Source: Bacteroidales bacterium (GTDB lineage: Bacteria; Bacteroidota; Bacteroidia; Bacteroidales; UBA12077). Taken from it: a DNA stretch of 18,332 bases. Shown here piece by piece: positions 8,676 through 16,551 of this stretch. Made by a program: the position numbers and the translations under genes. The DNA is taken from the NCBI GenBank assembly GCA_028282585.1, contig JANQHR010000169.1, forward strand, positions 1-18,332, read 5' to 3'. The first letter of the stretch is position 1, and every line of letters begins with the position of its first letter. The notes below the pieces were generated by a model that was given only the letters and a program-made list of their open reading frames with translations, ran no database searches and was not told where the DNA came from.

Positions 8676-8853
8676 TCGAAGTCCAAATTGTACGTTCAGC
8701 AGCCGTTTAGGAATACGGGTGTAAAGTGTTCCGCCTGTATTAAACTCCGGTGGACGAGTTTATTCACCTACGCCAAGGCTTCGGTGAACTAGTGTGAAAT
8801 TATAAACAATATTTTAAAATACAAAGTGTTTGGTTTACAATAAAAAAACGTTA
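8676..8853 (-). promoter_or_regulatory. Putative promoter plus structured 5' leader, copy B
   Basis: Minus strand: TTTG (8822-8825), 19-nt spacer, degenerate TAATTTCA (8795-8802). Has the same ordered blocks as 2646-2820 and the hairpin TTCACC-GAAGCCTTGGCGTA-GGTGAA. Confidence 0.55.
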
Positions 8854-8919
8854 TAGTCTGGTTTCGTGTGCTTTAGCTTTAAATACCAATTTATATTATG
8901 GAGGTTTTTTAGGTGGGTT

Positions 8920-8980
8920 AAAATCATCCCCCCTTTAATACCCCTTCAAGGGGGGAAAATCCTTTTTAAACCTGCCTTTA
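8920..8980 (+). repeat. Partial diverged copy of the triplex-motif repeat
   Basis: AAAATCATCCCCCCTTTAATACCCCTTCAAGGGGGGAAAAT...TAAACCTGCCTTTA matches the central part of the 141-bp repeat. Confidence 0.85.
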
Positions 8981-9155
8981 ATCTAGGAATCTTGATAATA
9001 TACCCTATTGTTAATGCGCTTACTTTCTATAGTCATAAACAAAATTCTTTCTTTTTCTTTGTCTACCACACAAAGAAAAAAACATGAACAAGCGAAAGCT
9101 TGTGAACAGATCTCCATTATTATTCCCTTTCTTTCTCCTTGGATGAGAAAGAAAC

Positions 9156-9296
9156 AAAGAACAATGAATATCGCATTGTGTAAGAGGTGGAGTTATTTAT
9201 AATTTTTCAAAATCATCCCCCTTTAATCCCCCTTCAAAGGGGGAAATTTCTTTCTAAACCTGCCTTTAGTTCTGGTTTCCAACCCACAGTTGTTTT
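9156..9296 (+). repeat. 141-bp direct repeat, copy 2
   Basis: About 95% identical to 3274-3414. Confidence 0.95.
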
Positions 9297-9560
9297 AAGA
9301 GCCTGCTAAAGGCAGGTTCTATGGGCATTAAAAGGTTTTAAGAAATAAATTTTTCATGAAGATTTATGCGGATGCTTGCGCTAAACTTCGAATTTGTAAA
9401 GCAAATTTTGCGAAACCTTTCTGTTAGGCAGGCTTCGCTTTCCCTGTTATAATCGGGAAAACTCGCAATGACTTTGGAATTAAGATTTTTTTGCTGCGCT
9501 CATAATGCGCCACTACTGGTGTTGATTTATAAGCATATTAGGACATTTTAACTTTAAATG

Positions 9561-9604
9561 AAAAAATGCATCATAATTATATTTATAAATAATAACTATG
9601 ATGC
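9561..9604 (-). terminator. Possible minus-strand terminator hairpin
   Basis: TGCATCATAATTAT / ATAACTATGATGCA inverted repeat. The single mismatch is a G-U pair on the minus strand, where the stem is followed by T6. The stem is AT-rich. Confidence 0.35.
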
Positions 9605-9731
9605 AAATCTAAAGGCTAAGTTAAAAAGGGGGGAGTAATACTTTTCTTTGTTGAACCTGGTTTGGTGCGCAATCTTAGCGTAGGTATTATGTTTTTTGTC
9701 TTGACATAAGTCTTTCCTTTCTTTCTACTGC

Positions 9732-9822
9732 AAAGAATACCGGATATCGTATTGTGTAGGAGGTGAAGTTAATTTTAAACTTTCAAAATCATCCCCCTTA
9801 ATCCCCCTTCAAAGGGGGAAAT
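9732..9822 (+). repeat. Third, 3'-truncated copy of the 141-bp repeat
   Basis: AAAGAATACCGGATATCGTATTGTGTAGGAGGTGAAGTT...AAAATCATCCCCCTTAATCCCCCTTCAAAGGGGGAAAT; similarity stops abruptly at ~9822. Confidence 0.9.
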
Positions 9823-9823
9823 G

Positions 9824-9848
9824 TGTCTTGTCCTGAAATAGGTTTACA
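9824..9848. mobile_element. Probable orphan IS3-family terminal inverted repeat (remnant)
   Basis: TGTCTTGTCCTGAAATAGGTTTACA begins with 5'-TG and resembles IS3-family ends from memory. It abuts the truncation point of repeat copy 3. No partner end or transposase is in the window. Confidence 0.35.
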
Positions 9849-9992
9849 CAAAAAGTAATCTTATGTCAGGCAATATTGTATACTGAAAACTTGAAAGGCG
9901 AGGTTATTCTTGAAGTTTAAATGATTAATACAACAGTTTATATAATTACTGTGCTTACCAACTTCAAAGGTATTAGTTACGTGCATTTTGAT

Positions 9993-10000
9993 TATATTTG
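9993..10000 (+). promoter_or_regulatory. Bacteroidota primary-sigma -7 box
   Basis: TATATTTG is an exact TAnnTTTG match, 43 nt upstream of the ATG at 10044. There is no clean -33 TTTG. Confidence 0.55.
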
Positions 10001-10043
10001 TTAAACAGCAGTTATAGAATATACTATCTCAATAAAAGAATAT

Positions 10044-10409
10044 ATGGCTAAAAAAGAAAAGAAATCAATTCCGGAAGAAAAACGGAAGCTTTATGAAAAC
10101 TTAGTAAAAAGCATCCCCGGACTAGAAATTAATGAAAATTTTGGCTTTCCTTATACCTCGCTTAATGGCCATATGTTTTCGTTGTTATCTAAAAGTGGTT
10201 ATGTAGGCATTCGGTTACCAAAAGACGAAAGAGAACATTTTTTAGAAAAGTACCAAACGAGTTTGTATAAGCCCGAACCGGGACCATTACTAAAAGAATA
10301 CGTTACTGTTCCCGATCATTTGTTGAATGATGTTGATAGTTTAAAAGAGGTTTTAACGACAAGTTTGGAATATGTAAAAAGCTTAAAACCCAAACCTCCA
10401 AAAAAATAA
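10044..10409 (+). CDS. TfoX/Sxy N-terminal-like (YjbR-fold) protein
   Basis: FGFPYTSLNGHMF..., GIRLP, LKEYVTVP, and a C-terminal EYVKSLKPK pattern typical of TfoX_N-like small proteins. Confidence 0.75.
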   Translation: MAKKEKKSIPEEKRKLYENLVKSIPGLEINENFGFPYTSLNGHMFSLLSKSGYVGIRLPKDEREHFLEKYQTSLYKPEPGPLLKEYVTVPDHLLNDVDSLKEVLTTSLEYVKSLKPKPPKK

Positions 10410-10517
10410 ACCGGTTGTTGCAATGTTTGGAATTGAGTTAAATGGTATTTTTGACTAATCTTTACGAGTTATTTTAAGAAAGGAATTATTTAAACGAATC
10501 ATTAAATAAAAAGAAAA

Positions 10518-11588
10518 ATGATATTACTTCTATTTTATTTGTTTCTGGCACTTTTTATATCATTTATCTGTTCCATTATGGAAGCAGTGCTTCTTTCAAC
10601 TCCCCAATCTTTCCTGATGGCTAAATACGAAAAAGGAAATGTTTGGGCTAAAACATTTATTGAGTTAAAAACGAATATTGATAAGCCCTTATCTGCGATC
10701 TTATCGTTAAATACGGTAGCCCATACTGTAGGTGCAGCCGGTGTAGGAGCACAAGCTATTAAAGTGTTTGGTGAAGCTTCTTTTGGTATCGTTTCGGCAA
10801 TTCTTACCATACTAATTTTAGTCATCACCGAAATTATTCCTAAAACTATTGGGGCCCAATATTGGAGAAATTTAGCGATGATCTCATCTTTGATTATAAA
10901 AGGTATGATTGTTATTACCTACCCTTTAGTTGTTATGTCTGCGGTTATTACCAAATTGATCTCAAAAAACAAGCATGAAAAAACAACCAGCAGGGAAGAA
11001 ATAGCAGCATTAGCAAATATTGGTGCGGATGAGGGGATTTTCTCCAGTAAGGAACATAAAATAATCCAAAATTTACTGAGGCTTAAGAATGTAAGGGTAA
11101 CCGAAATAATGACCCCCAGAGTTGTTGTAATAGCTGCCAATGAAGAAATGCATTTAAGTAATTTCTTAAAAAACAAAGACTTCCTGAAGTTCTCCCGTAT
11201 CCCGATTTTTTCTGAAAATGATGAAAACATAACGGGATATGTTTTTAGTCAATCGGTTTTTGAAAAACTGGCAGAAGATCAGCATAAATTGAAATTGAAA
11301 GATATTAAAAGGGATATAATTATTGTTCCGCATTCTACGGCTTTATTTACTTTATGGGAAAAGTTATTAGAAAAAAAAGAACATATTGCCTTAGTTGTAG
11401 ATGAATATGGAGGTTTGGACGGAATTGTTACTATGGAAGATATTATTGAAACTTTGCTGGGCCTTGAGATTGTTGATGAAAAAGATACTATAACGGATAT
11501 GCAGGAATACGCAAAACAAAGATGGAAAGCCAGGCAAGCCAAATATACCTTATTGGAAAAAACAGGTAATGCTAAAAATAATAGTTGA
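10518..11588 (+). CDS. CNNM (DUF21) plus CBS-pair membrane protein (HlyC/CorC 'hemolysin' family)
   Basis: SFICSIMEAVLLS, TEIIPKTIG, EIMTPR, FSRIPI and VVDEYGGLDGIVTMEDIIETLLG motifs. Lacks the C-terminal CorC_HlyC domain. Confidence 0.93.
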   Translation: MILLLFYLFLALFISFICSIMEAVLLSTPQSFLMAKYEKGNVWAKTFIELKTNIDKPLSAILSLNTVAHTVGAAGVGAQAIKVFGEASFGIVSAILTILILVITEIIPKTIGAQYWRNLAMISSLIIKGMIVITYPLVVMSAVITKLISKNKHEKTTSREEIAALANIGADEGIFSSKEHKIIQNLLRLKNVRVTEIMTPRVVVIAANEEMHLSNFLKNKDFLKFSRIPIFSENDENITGYVFSQSVFEKLAEDQHKLKLKDIKRDIIIVPHSTALFTLWEKLLEKKEHIALVVDEYGGLDGIVTMEDIIETLLGLEIVDEKDTITDMQEYAKQRWKARQAKYTLLEKTGNAKNNS

Positions 11589-11682
11589 CTGGATTTAGAA
11601 AAAGGGTTGAGTAGTTTTAAAATTTTCCAATAGTTATCCTTGTTGTATAGGTTATAGTTTTTACTTTAATAATTTATTGAAA

Positions 11683-11970
11683 ATGATTTTACTTACTATT
11701 ATAACAAAGACGCCGGAACAAAGTAAAGAAATAGTTGATCTATTATTAAAGGAATCATTGGTAATGGATGTTCTTAAACTGGATAATAATGAATATTACA
11801 GGCTGGATGAAAGTAAAAATGTTATAGAGACAAAATCATCTGTTTTAAAATGTATAACGCAATACAATCTTTATAAGAATATTAAGAGTCTGTTAATACA
11901 AAAATACAAAGAAAAAGCTCCCATATTATATTCGATCGTTATTGATGAAATTATATGGGAACATGCATAA
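11683..11970 (+). CDS. Divergent CutA-like (PII-fold) small protein
   Basis: 95 aa from the ATG at 11683 (alternative TTG at 11677). The pattern IT.K..EQ..EI..LLL...L...KYKEKAPILY follows the CutA layout, but the canonical motifs are absent. Confidence 0.55.
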   Translation: MILLTIITKTPEQSKEIVDLLLKESLVMDVLKLDNNEYYRLDESKNVIETKSSVLKCITQYNLYKNIKSLLIQKYKEKAPILYSIVIDEIIWEHA

Positions 11971-12016
11971 ATCTAAATCCCTGGAAATATTTTTTGTTCA
12001 GAGTCTACATTATAAT

Positions 12017-13525
12017 TTACGGATAATATAAACCGGAGTCGGGTCCAACAGGCCAACCCAATGTCAACCAAACTATCAGGATAATTGCCCAGATAATAAA
12101 AAAGAAAAAAGTATATGGGAGCATAGTGGCTACAATTGTGCCAATTCCGGCTCTTTTGTCATAACGTTGAAAGAAGGCTACAATTAATGCGAAATACGCC
12201 AACATGGGAGAAATAATATTGGTTACAGAATCGCCGATCCGATAAGTGTTTTGGACAAGCTCCGGAGAGTATCCCAAGATCATAAACATAGGAACAAAAG
12301 CAGGAGCTAATATGGCCCACTTTGCTGAAGCACTTCCCATAAATAAGTTTATAATTCCAACCAGAATAATAAAAGCTATCATTAATGGAATAGAACCTAG
12401 ATTCAGTGCCTTAATAAAACCAGCAGATTCAATGGCAAAAATCAATCCAATATTGGTCCATTTAAAATATGCAACAAACTGGGCCGCAAAAAAGGTTAGT
12501 ACGATATAAATACCCAACGTTTCCATTGCTTTACCCATTCCATTCATTACATCAGTATCATTTTTATAGGTACGTGCACCAATTCCATAGGCGATACCCA
12601 AAACTGCAGCGACTATAAATATAATGGCTACAATTCCCATTAAAAATGGCGAACGTAAAATATCTCCGTTTTCACCTCTTAAAAACCCTTCTTGTGGGAT
12701 TACTCCCAACAAAATGATCGCAAAAACTATTACACCGGCAATTAGGGAAAATCGTAAACCCCTTTTTTCCTGTTCTGTTAACTTTCGAAGTTCTTCAGGT
12801 TTTTCTTCACCTTTGTATGTTCCCAGCCTTGGTATTACGATTTTTTCTGTAATCCATGTTCCTGCCAGGGCAATAAAAAAAGTAGAGACAAACATGAAAT
12901 AATAGTTAGCGGCAGGATTTACCAGGTAACCCGGTTCAATAATTTGAGCTGCTTCTTCTGTTAAACCTGCCAACAATGGATCGATGGTCCCTAAAAGTAA
13001 ATTAGCACTATATCCGCCCGATACTCCAGCAAAGGCAGCTGCCATTCCGGCTAGCGGATGGCGACCTACGGATAAGAATATAATGGCCCCCAGAGGAACA
13101 AGTAAAACATAACCCACTTCGCTTGCCGTATTCGATAAAATGGCTGAAAATACAACCACAAAAGTAAGTAAACGTTTAGGTGCCGATGTTACCAACAGGC
13201 GCAAAACAGTGCCAATAAAGCCACTGCGTTCTGCAATACCGATTCCAAGCATAGCAACTAAAACCGTACCTAATGGAACAAAACCTGTAAAATTGGTTAC
13301 CATTTCTTTTAAGATTCTCCCAAGCCCTTCTTTTGACATCAGGTTTACCGGCTCAATCATTTCACCTGTTCGCGGATGAGCAGCATGAATGTCGAATAAA
13401 CTTAAAAATCCGGAAAGAAGAATAACTAAAAGTGAAAAAATGGCAAATAACGTAGCAGGGTGGGGTAAAGCATTTCCTCCCTTTTCAATTATATTTAGAA
13501 ATTTACTGAAAAACCTATTGTTCAT
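12017..13525 (-). CDS. abgT: AbgT family transporter
   Basis: [44 protein letters not shown] and [13 protein letters not shown] motifs. Confidence 0.93.
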   Translation of the reverse strand: MNNRFFSKFLNIIEKGGNALPHPATLFAIFSLLVILLSGFLSLFDIHAAHPRTGEMIEPVNLMSKEGLGRILKEMVTNFTGFVPLGTVLVAMLGIGIAERSGFIGTVLRLLVTSAPKRLLTFVVVFSAILSNTASEVGYVLLVPLGAIIFLSVGRHPLAGMAAAFAGVSGGYSANLLLGTIDPLLAGLTEEAAQIIEPGYLVNPAANYYFMFVSTFFIALAGTWITEKIVIPRLGTYKGEEKPEELRKLTEQEKRGLRFSLIAGVIVFAIILLGVIPQEGFLRGENGDILRSPFLMGIVAIIFIVAAVLGIAYGIGARTYKNDTDVMNGMGKAMETLGIYIVLTFFAAQFVAYFKWTNIGLIFAIESAGFIKALNLGSIPLMIAFIILVGIINLFMGSASAKWAILAPAFVPMFMILGYSPELVQNTYRIGDSVTNIISPMLAYFALIVAFFQRYDKRAGIGTIVATMLPYTFFFFIIWAIILIVWLTLGWPVGPDSGLYYP

Positions 13526-13579
13526 ATCTTACATTTAAATTATTATAATTACTAATATCTACTCTTATTTTGGGTTATA

Positions 13580-14638
13580 TTATTTTTTAAACCGAACAAA
13601 GTTCAGGCTTTCCTCGTTGCCGGATAATAACTCTGCAATAACCCTTGTTCCGGGAAATTGCTCCAAAATAATTTTTAAGAAAACGGTTATGGGTATGGAC
13701 ATGATTAAACCCGGAACGCCCCATAAATAGCTCCAGAACATCAACATAACTAAAATTGTAATCACATTTATTGAAAACGATCTCCCCATAAAAACGGGTT
13801 CCAGAACTGCACCCATTAAAACCTCTATACCTGTTAATACTATTATAAAAAATAATAAAGTACCGGAAGAATCAAGCTCAACAAGTGCAAATAAAGAGGA
13901 TATAATAACCGAAATAAAAGAACCTACCATTTGAATAAAATTAAAAACAAATGCAAATAATCCCCAGAAAATAGGCCAGCTGACATCAAACAGCAAACAA
14001 GTTAAAGTGAATCCAATACCTGTTAATAAACTGATAAAGAATTTAACGATTACAAATTTTATCAAATCTTTCTCAATCCTCATAAAAACTTTTATTGATG
14101 AGAACTTTCTCTTAAGAATAGTATGATTTAATAACTTCTGAAAATTTATAGATTCCGAAAGCCAAAGTACGGTAAAAAAAACAGTCATTAAAGTCATGGT
14201 AACCGTATCACCAATAAAGTCAATTGTTGAACCAAAATTATTTATGATACTACTCTTTCGGAAATAATGTACAATTACATTTTCGCCTTCTACACGATGT
14301 ATTCCAAAAAAGTTTTCAATTATAACAATCAGTTCAACAAACTTTAACTCCATCCTCGCTATTAAGCTACTGTCCTCAAGAATTTCTTTACTGGTAAGTT
14401 GAATTAATTCAAAACCAACTTTTAAGATACCGCCGATTAACAGAATTATGATCAAAACGCTAACCGGTTTTGGTACGCCATGTTTATTTAACCATCTTTT
14501 TATCGGTAAAAACATCAATGCTATAAACATTGATAATACAAGCGGAACAAAAATAAATGATAATGCTTTTAAGAAATAAAATATAACCGTAATTACTATG
14601 GTTAATAATAAAATATTTGTTGTTTTAATATTGTTCAC
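13580..14638 (-). CDS. AI-2E family transporter (GTG start)
   Basis: Multi-TM protein with FWGLFAFVFNFI, LEP..MG.S..IN and FWSYLWGVPGLIMSIPIT motifs. Confidence 0.88.
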   Translation of the reverse strand: MNNIKTTNILLLTIVITVIFYFLKALSFIFVPLVLSMFIALMFLPIKRWLNKHGVPKPVSVLIIILLIGGILKVGFELIQLTSKEILEDSSLIARMELKFVELIVIIENFFGIHRVEGENVIVHYFRKSSIINNFGSTIDFIGDTVTMTLMTVFFTVLWLSESINFQKLLNHTILKRKFSSIKVFMRIEKDLIKFVIVKFFISLLTGIGFTLTCLLFDVSWPIFWGLFAFVFNFIQMVGSFISVIISSLFALVELDSSGTLLFFIIVLTGIEVLMGAVLEPVFMGRSFSINVITILVMLMFWSYLWGVPGLIMSIPITVFLKIILEQFPGTRVIAELLSGNEESLNFVRFKK

Positions 14639-14662
14639 AATGTTATTGCTAATTACTGACGT

Positions 14663-15550
14663 TTAGTGCTTAATAACGCCTAATGGGTCCATTACTACTT
14701 TAAAGAAGCTTCCGTACTTTTCTTTTGCAGCTTGCTTTGTTATACTAATTACTGGTATGGTTGACTCATTTATTATATGTTGAGCAAAAGCTCCTAAATA
14801 ATTATCTATACCTTTTTCATTATGAGTCATTATAAGAATGGCATCATATTCTTTCTCTTTAGCTATATTTAGTATTTCCTTATAAGCCATTTCCTTCCTT
14901 TTCTGTAAAAGTTGTACGGAATAATCGATACCTTTTTCTAAATAGTTATTTTTGTAGTCTTCAAGTTTTTCATTGATTTTTTTCCAGTTTACCCTGGAGT
15001 TACCAAATAACACTGACGCCAAATGTATTTTTGAATTAAAACGTAAAGCGATAGAAATGGAATTCTTGAGCTTAAGCTGGCAATCTTGCATTAAATCTAA
15101 GGGTAATAATATATTCTCAAATACACTTCTCGTTTCAGGTTTTGTTACAATTACAGGAAACTTTGATGAAATAATTATTTGAGATAGTGTTGATCCCAAT
15201 TTTTTCACTCCTTTATTTGAAGGATATTTATCTGATAAGATTATAAAAGCAGGATTTATAGAATTTGCATATTCCATTATCACTTTATGTCTTTTTCCAG
15301 TCTTTACCTGGACCATGGTATCGTCATCTAAATCATACCGTTTTATATAACGTTGTAATTTTTTCTTTGAGTATTGAGTAACCTCATCAGTCAATACTGA
15401 TTTTGCCCACCAGGATTCTTTAAAAACTACGTGTAATAAATGTAATTTCCCATTTAATTTATCTTGAATTTTACAGGCATATTTCAGTACATTTTCTGTA
15501 TTTTCCCCAAAATCAATGGGTACAAGAATATCTTTTCTCTCTGCTTTCAT
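14663..15550 (-). CDS. Universal stress protein with tandem USP domains
   Basis: ILVPIDF...LHLLHV...LGST...PVIV, and a second domain NILLPLD...LGAFAQHII...PVIS. Confidence 0.88.
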   Translation of the reverse strand: MKAERKDILVPIDFGENTENVLKYACKIQDKLNGKLHLLHVVFKESWWAKSVLTDEVTQYSKKKLQRYIKRYDLDDDTMVQVKTGKRHKVIMEYANSINPAFIILSDKYPSNKGVKKLGSTLSQIIISSKFPVIVTKPETRSVFENILLPLDLMQDCQLKLKNSISIALRFNSKIHLASVLFGNSRVNWKKINEKLEDYKNNYLEKGIDYSVQLLQKRKEMAYKEILNIAKEKEYDAILIMTHNEKGIDNYLGAFAQHIINESTIPVISITKQAAKEKYGSFFKVVMDPLGVIKH

Positions 15551-15572
15551 CTGCTTAATTTTGTATATTCTT

Positions 15573-16532
15573 CTAATATTTTTCGCTTTCTATGTAAGAT
15601 GCCTTTCTTAATCTATCCATAATGGCAACCCCAATTCCTACTTCAGGAACAGGTTCTGCTACAATCATATCAACATCGGAATCTTCCAATCGGTGAAGGG
15701 CTCCAAAAAGGTTCAACGCAGCTTCTTTTAAGTCTCCTTTTTCGGATAAAATTTCTGATTTAGTATAATTTAAGGCCGATTTACTTTTTTGAAAAGCGAG
15801 GTATCCGATTTTCTTTGATTCGGGATAATAATCACCATCATTAAAGATACACATTGGTTTAGTTGGGCTGTAATGAGATTTTAAAAGACCAGGAGATGCT
15901 AAACCAGCTTCGTTTATATTATTAGAATTATCCCGAGGAATAATAAATTCAATTTCTTCCTCGGTTATTACGCCGGGTCTCAGAATTTTAAAACCTGCAT
16001 TACTTAGTGATATAACAGTTGATTCGATTCCAACTGTTGTTTTTCCACCGTCGATTATAAAATCAACATCCGAAAGCTGTTTCATTACATGTTCGGCTTT
16101 CGTAGGGCTAAGTTTACCAAATTTATTAGCGCTTGGTGCGGCAATGGGGCAACCGGCTTTATCAATTAACTGAAGCGCAACATCATTGGCCGGCATTCTA
16201 ATGGCTACCGTTGATAATCCGGAAGTAACAATATCAGGAACGATCTTTTTTTTAGGTAAAACAATTGTTAACGGGCCGGGCCAAAACCTCTTAGCTAACT
16301 TATATACTCTTTCATCAACATTTAAGCATAAACGGCTTATATCTTTAATATCACAAATGTGCACAATCAAAGGGTCAAAGGATGGCCTTTGCTTTGCTTC
16401 AAAAATCTTTATGACAGCATCGGGATCAAGAGCATTTGCCCCCAATCCATAAACAGTTTCAGTTGGGAAAGCAACAAGACCCCCATCCTGAATAATCTTT
16501 GCTGCCTTTTTTATATGGTTTTCTTCTGGCAT
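15573..16532 (-). CDS. tsaC: L-threonylcarbamoyladenylate synthase, Sua5 type (YrdC domain plus C-terminal Sua5 domain)
   Basis: VAFPTETVYGLGA, KQRPSFDPLIVH, FWPGPLT, AAPSAN, GIESTV, SPG..KSHYSP and AIMDRLRKA motifs. Confidence 0.95.
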   Translation of the reverse strand: MPEENHIKKAAKIIQDGGLVAFPTETVYGLGANALDPDAVIKIFEAKQRPSFDPLIVHICDIKDISRLCLNVDERVYKLAKRFWPGPLTIVLPKKKIVPDIVTSGLSTVAIRMPANDVALQLIDKAGCPIAAPSANKFGKLSPTKAEHVMKQLSDVDFIIDGGKTTVGIESTVISLSNAGFKILRPGVITEEEIEFIIPRDNSNNINEAGLASPGLLKSHYSPTKPMCIFNDGDYYPESKKIGYLAFQKSKSALNYTKSEILSEKGDLKEAALNLFGALHRLEDSDVDMIVAEPVPEVGIGVAIMDRLRKASYIESEKY

Positions 16533-16551
16533 TAATTTAATACTTTATCTA

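Noticed and set aside
8670-8720. Hammerhead-like CTGCTGA...CGAAA on the minus strand of leader B
   Set aside because: There is no credible stem II, stem III or NUH site, and copy A (CAGAAGA...CGATT) lacks the core.
8866-9202. ORFs 8866-9087 and 9008-9202
   Set aside because: They have non-ATG starts, overlap each other and span repeat sequence.
8920-9822. Three triplex-motif copies read as a CRISPR array
   Set aside because: The spacing is irregular (~290 and ~580 bp), the flanks are homologous rather than unique spacers, and there are no cas genes.
2815-9990. GTTAG/GTTAT/GTTAC motifs read as integron attC sites
   Set aside because: No matching inverse core sites with attC-like hairpins were found, and there is no integrase.
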